This document shows positions 62,521 to 64,000 of a DNA stretch of 64,000 nt, in pieces. Under the pieces are notes generated by a model that saw only the letters and a program-made list of their open reading frames with translations, was not told the DNA's origin and did no database searches. Position numbers and translations under genes: made by a program. The first letter of the stretch is position 1, and the number at the start of each line of letters is the position of its first letter. Origin of the DNA: Phoronis australis. Lineage: Eukaryota > Animalia > Phoronida. The DNA lies in the NCBI GenBank assembly GCA_002633005.1, contig NMRA01000185.1:217921-281920 (forward strand). The letters are read 5' to 3'.

Positions 62521-62631
62521 GGAGAGGAGAAAGGCAAGAAAGGGAAAAAGAGCGGTAAAAAGTCTGGGAAGAAGGATAAGAAAGGGAAGAAGGATAAAAA
62601 GGGGAAGAAGGGCAAAGGAAAGGATGATGAT
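62521..62631 (+). CDS. IQCA1: IQCA1/DRC11 lysine-rich exon; gene continues beyond window
   Basis: tttcag|GGA...GAT|gtaag; GEEKGKKGKKSGKKSGKKDKKGKKDKKGKKGKGKDDD, matching the K-rich stretch that follows FPDYPD in IQCA1. Confidence 0.92.
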
Positions 62632-62646
62632 GTAAGACATTGTATT

Positions 62647-62738
62647 GTCATCTGATTGGCTGTTTTTACTGGGGCAGAAGATAGGCTTAAGACTTATATG
62701 GTCATCTGATTGGCTGTTTTCACTGGGGCAGAAGATAA
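62647..62738 (+). repeat. Direct duplication, 54-bp period
   Basis: GTCATCTGATTGGCTGTTTT(T/C)ACTGGGGCAGAAGATA x2. Confidence 0.85.
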
Positions 62739-64000
62739 ACTAACTAAATACAGTACTTACAATGCATGTTGCTCAAGGCTGACAGAACTGTTTTGTTTTT
62801 GTTGCTGGATATATATGCTAGCTGTTTGTTTAAGATTTTCCACCCAATGAAAGATCAGAACAGTTTGTTAATGTTTTGTTGAATTACCATATTCGCCGTA
62901 ACCGCCCATGCCCCTGTAAGCGCCCCCACGCATTTTCAGACTTTGCTAAAAGAAGCGCCCAGTCCATGAACGTGTACGTGCGAAAAATGCCTTACCTACA
63001 GTCCTAAAATTCTACATTAACATCTTCAATTTATCAATAATATCCGACAGTCCTGAAAAAAATCATTGTGCACAGAATTTGTAAACCATGAGCCTCGCCA
63101 CTATGTCGGTATTTAGCCGTGACTATACACTTTAAACTTCCGCCATGCCTCAAAATGAACACATAAGTTCTGCTGATATTGCGAGGAACCAATGGTCTGG
63201 CCTTTCAGAACAGAAGTAGTATACTTGTCTATGGGATTGCTTTGTAGATATTTCCTGCTTTCAACAGGAATCCAAGTTTCTTTGTAGGCCTACATATGAA
63301 AACCGTGAATTGAAGACTAATAAAAAGCTTGGCCAGTGTTAAAAGCACGTGGCCAGGAAGCGCGCGCTACATGCATGAACTTGTCATCAAAGACATTAGT
63401 CAGGAACTATCCATTCATGAAACGGGTAGCATAGCATCGGCAAGAAATGAATATTGGCACTAATTTCCGACAGTTTCTAATTCTATAAAAAAATGTTTGC
63501 GTTATTTTTAAGATAAATTGTTTGATTAACCATAATTGGTGTTTTTAAGCCAAATATCCGATAAAATGACAACTGACAGTGAATGCTTACACACCCTTAC
63601 ACCGAAAAATAACTGTCAGATACTTACGTACGCATCCAACCACATGGCGATTAATATGGGCCTTACCGAGACAAATGTCGTAAGTTTTTAGCACGAGACC
63701 GGCAAGTGCTGAATGAAACACGCTCTGGTTTAGGCTTACTGCTTGTGCAAATTTCTTTTAATTAGATACAATGCACATCTAGCTCGTTAGATTGCGTGGC
63801 TCTGGCCAAAAGACGGTATCTGCTCTGGCAAATGAACTCTGGTGACACGCACGCGCTCGCTTACTCACAAACGCAGACAACTTCAAAACAAACGTCACGT
63901 GACAACAAGTGTGTTCGTCCAGACATTTTTCTCATGTTGCCGATCATACATGTAGATGGCACGATATAGCACAGATTTGTACTTAAACCTGCCGTGATCC

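Overview
Intron-rich, AT-rich animal genomic DNA, most consistent with a marine invertebrate; it is not prokaryotic. Three protein-coding genes were rebuilt by hand from GT-AG splice sites and reading-frame continuity. (1) The 5' part of an SLC6 Na+/Cl- transporter of the GABA/taurine/creatine type (- strand, two coding exons separated by a ~21.5 kb intron, continuing off the left edge). (2) A complete 7-coding-exon BCAP31/BCAP29-family gene (- strand, 258 aa, ending KKDH). (3) The 5' part of IQCA1/DRC11 (+ strand, head-to-head with BCAP31, continuing off the right edge). Introns and the intergenic space hold many MITEs (some nested), a Kolobok-type element, a decayed THAP/ISL2EU-like transposase, Penelope fragments with hammerhead-like motifs, a tRNA-derived SINE and several minisatellites. 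Most notable: a Helentron-type element carrying an array of co-oriented CTCF-like motifs, candidate in-frame micro/cassette exons in IQCA1, and an SLC6-BCAP31 neighbourhood echoing human Xq28. No tools were run; homology calls are from recalled family motifs.
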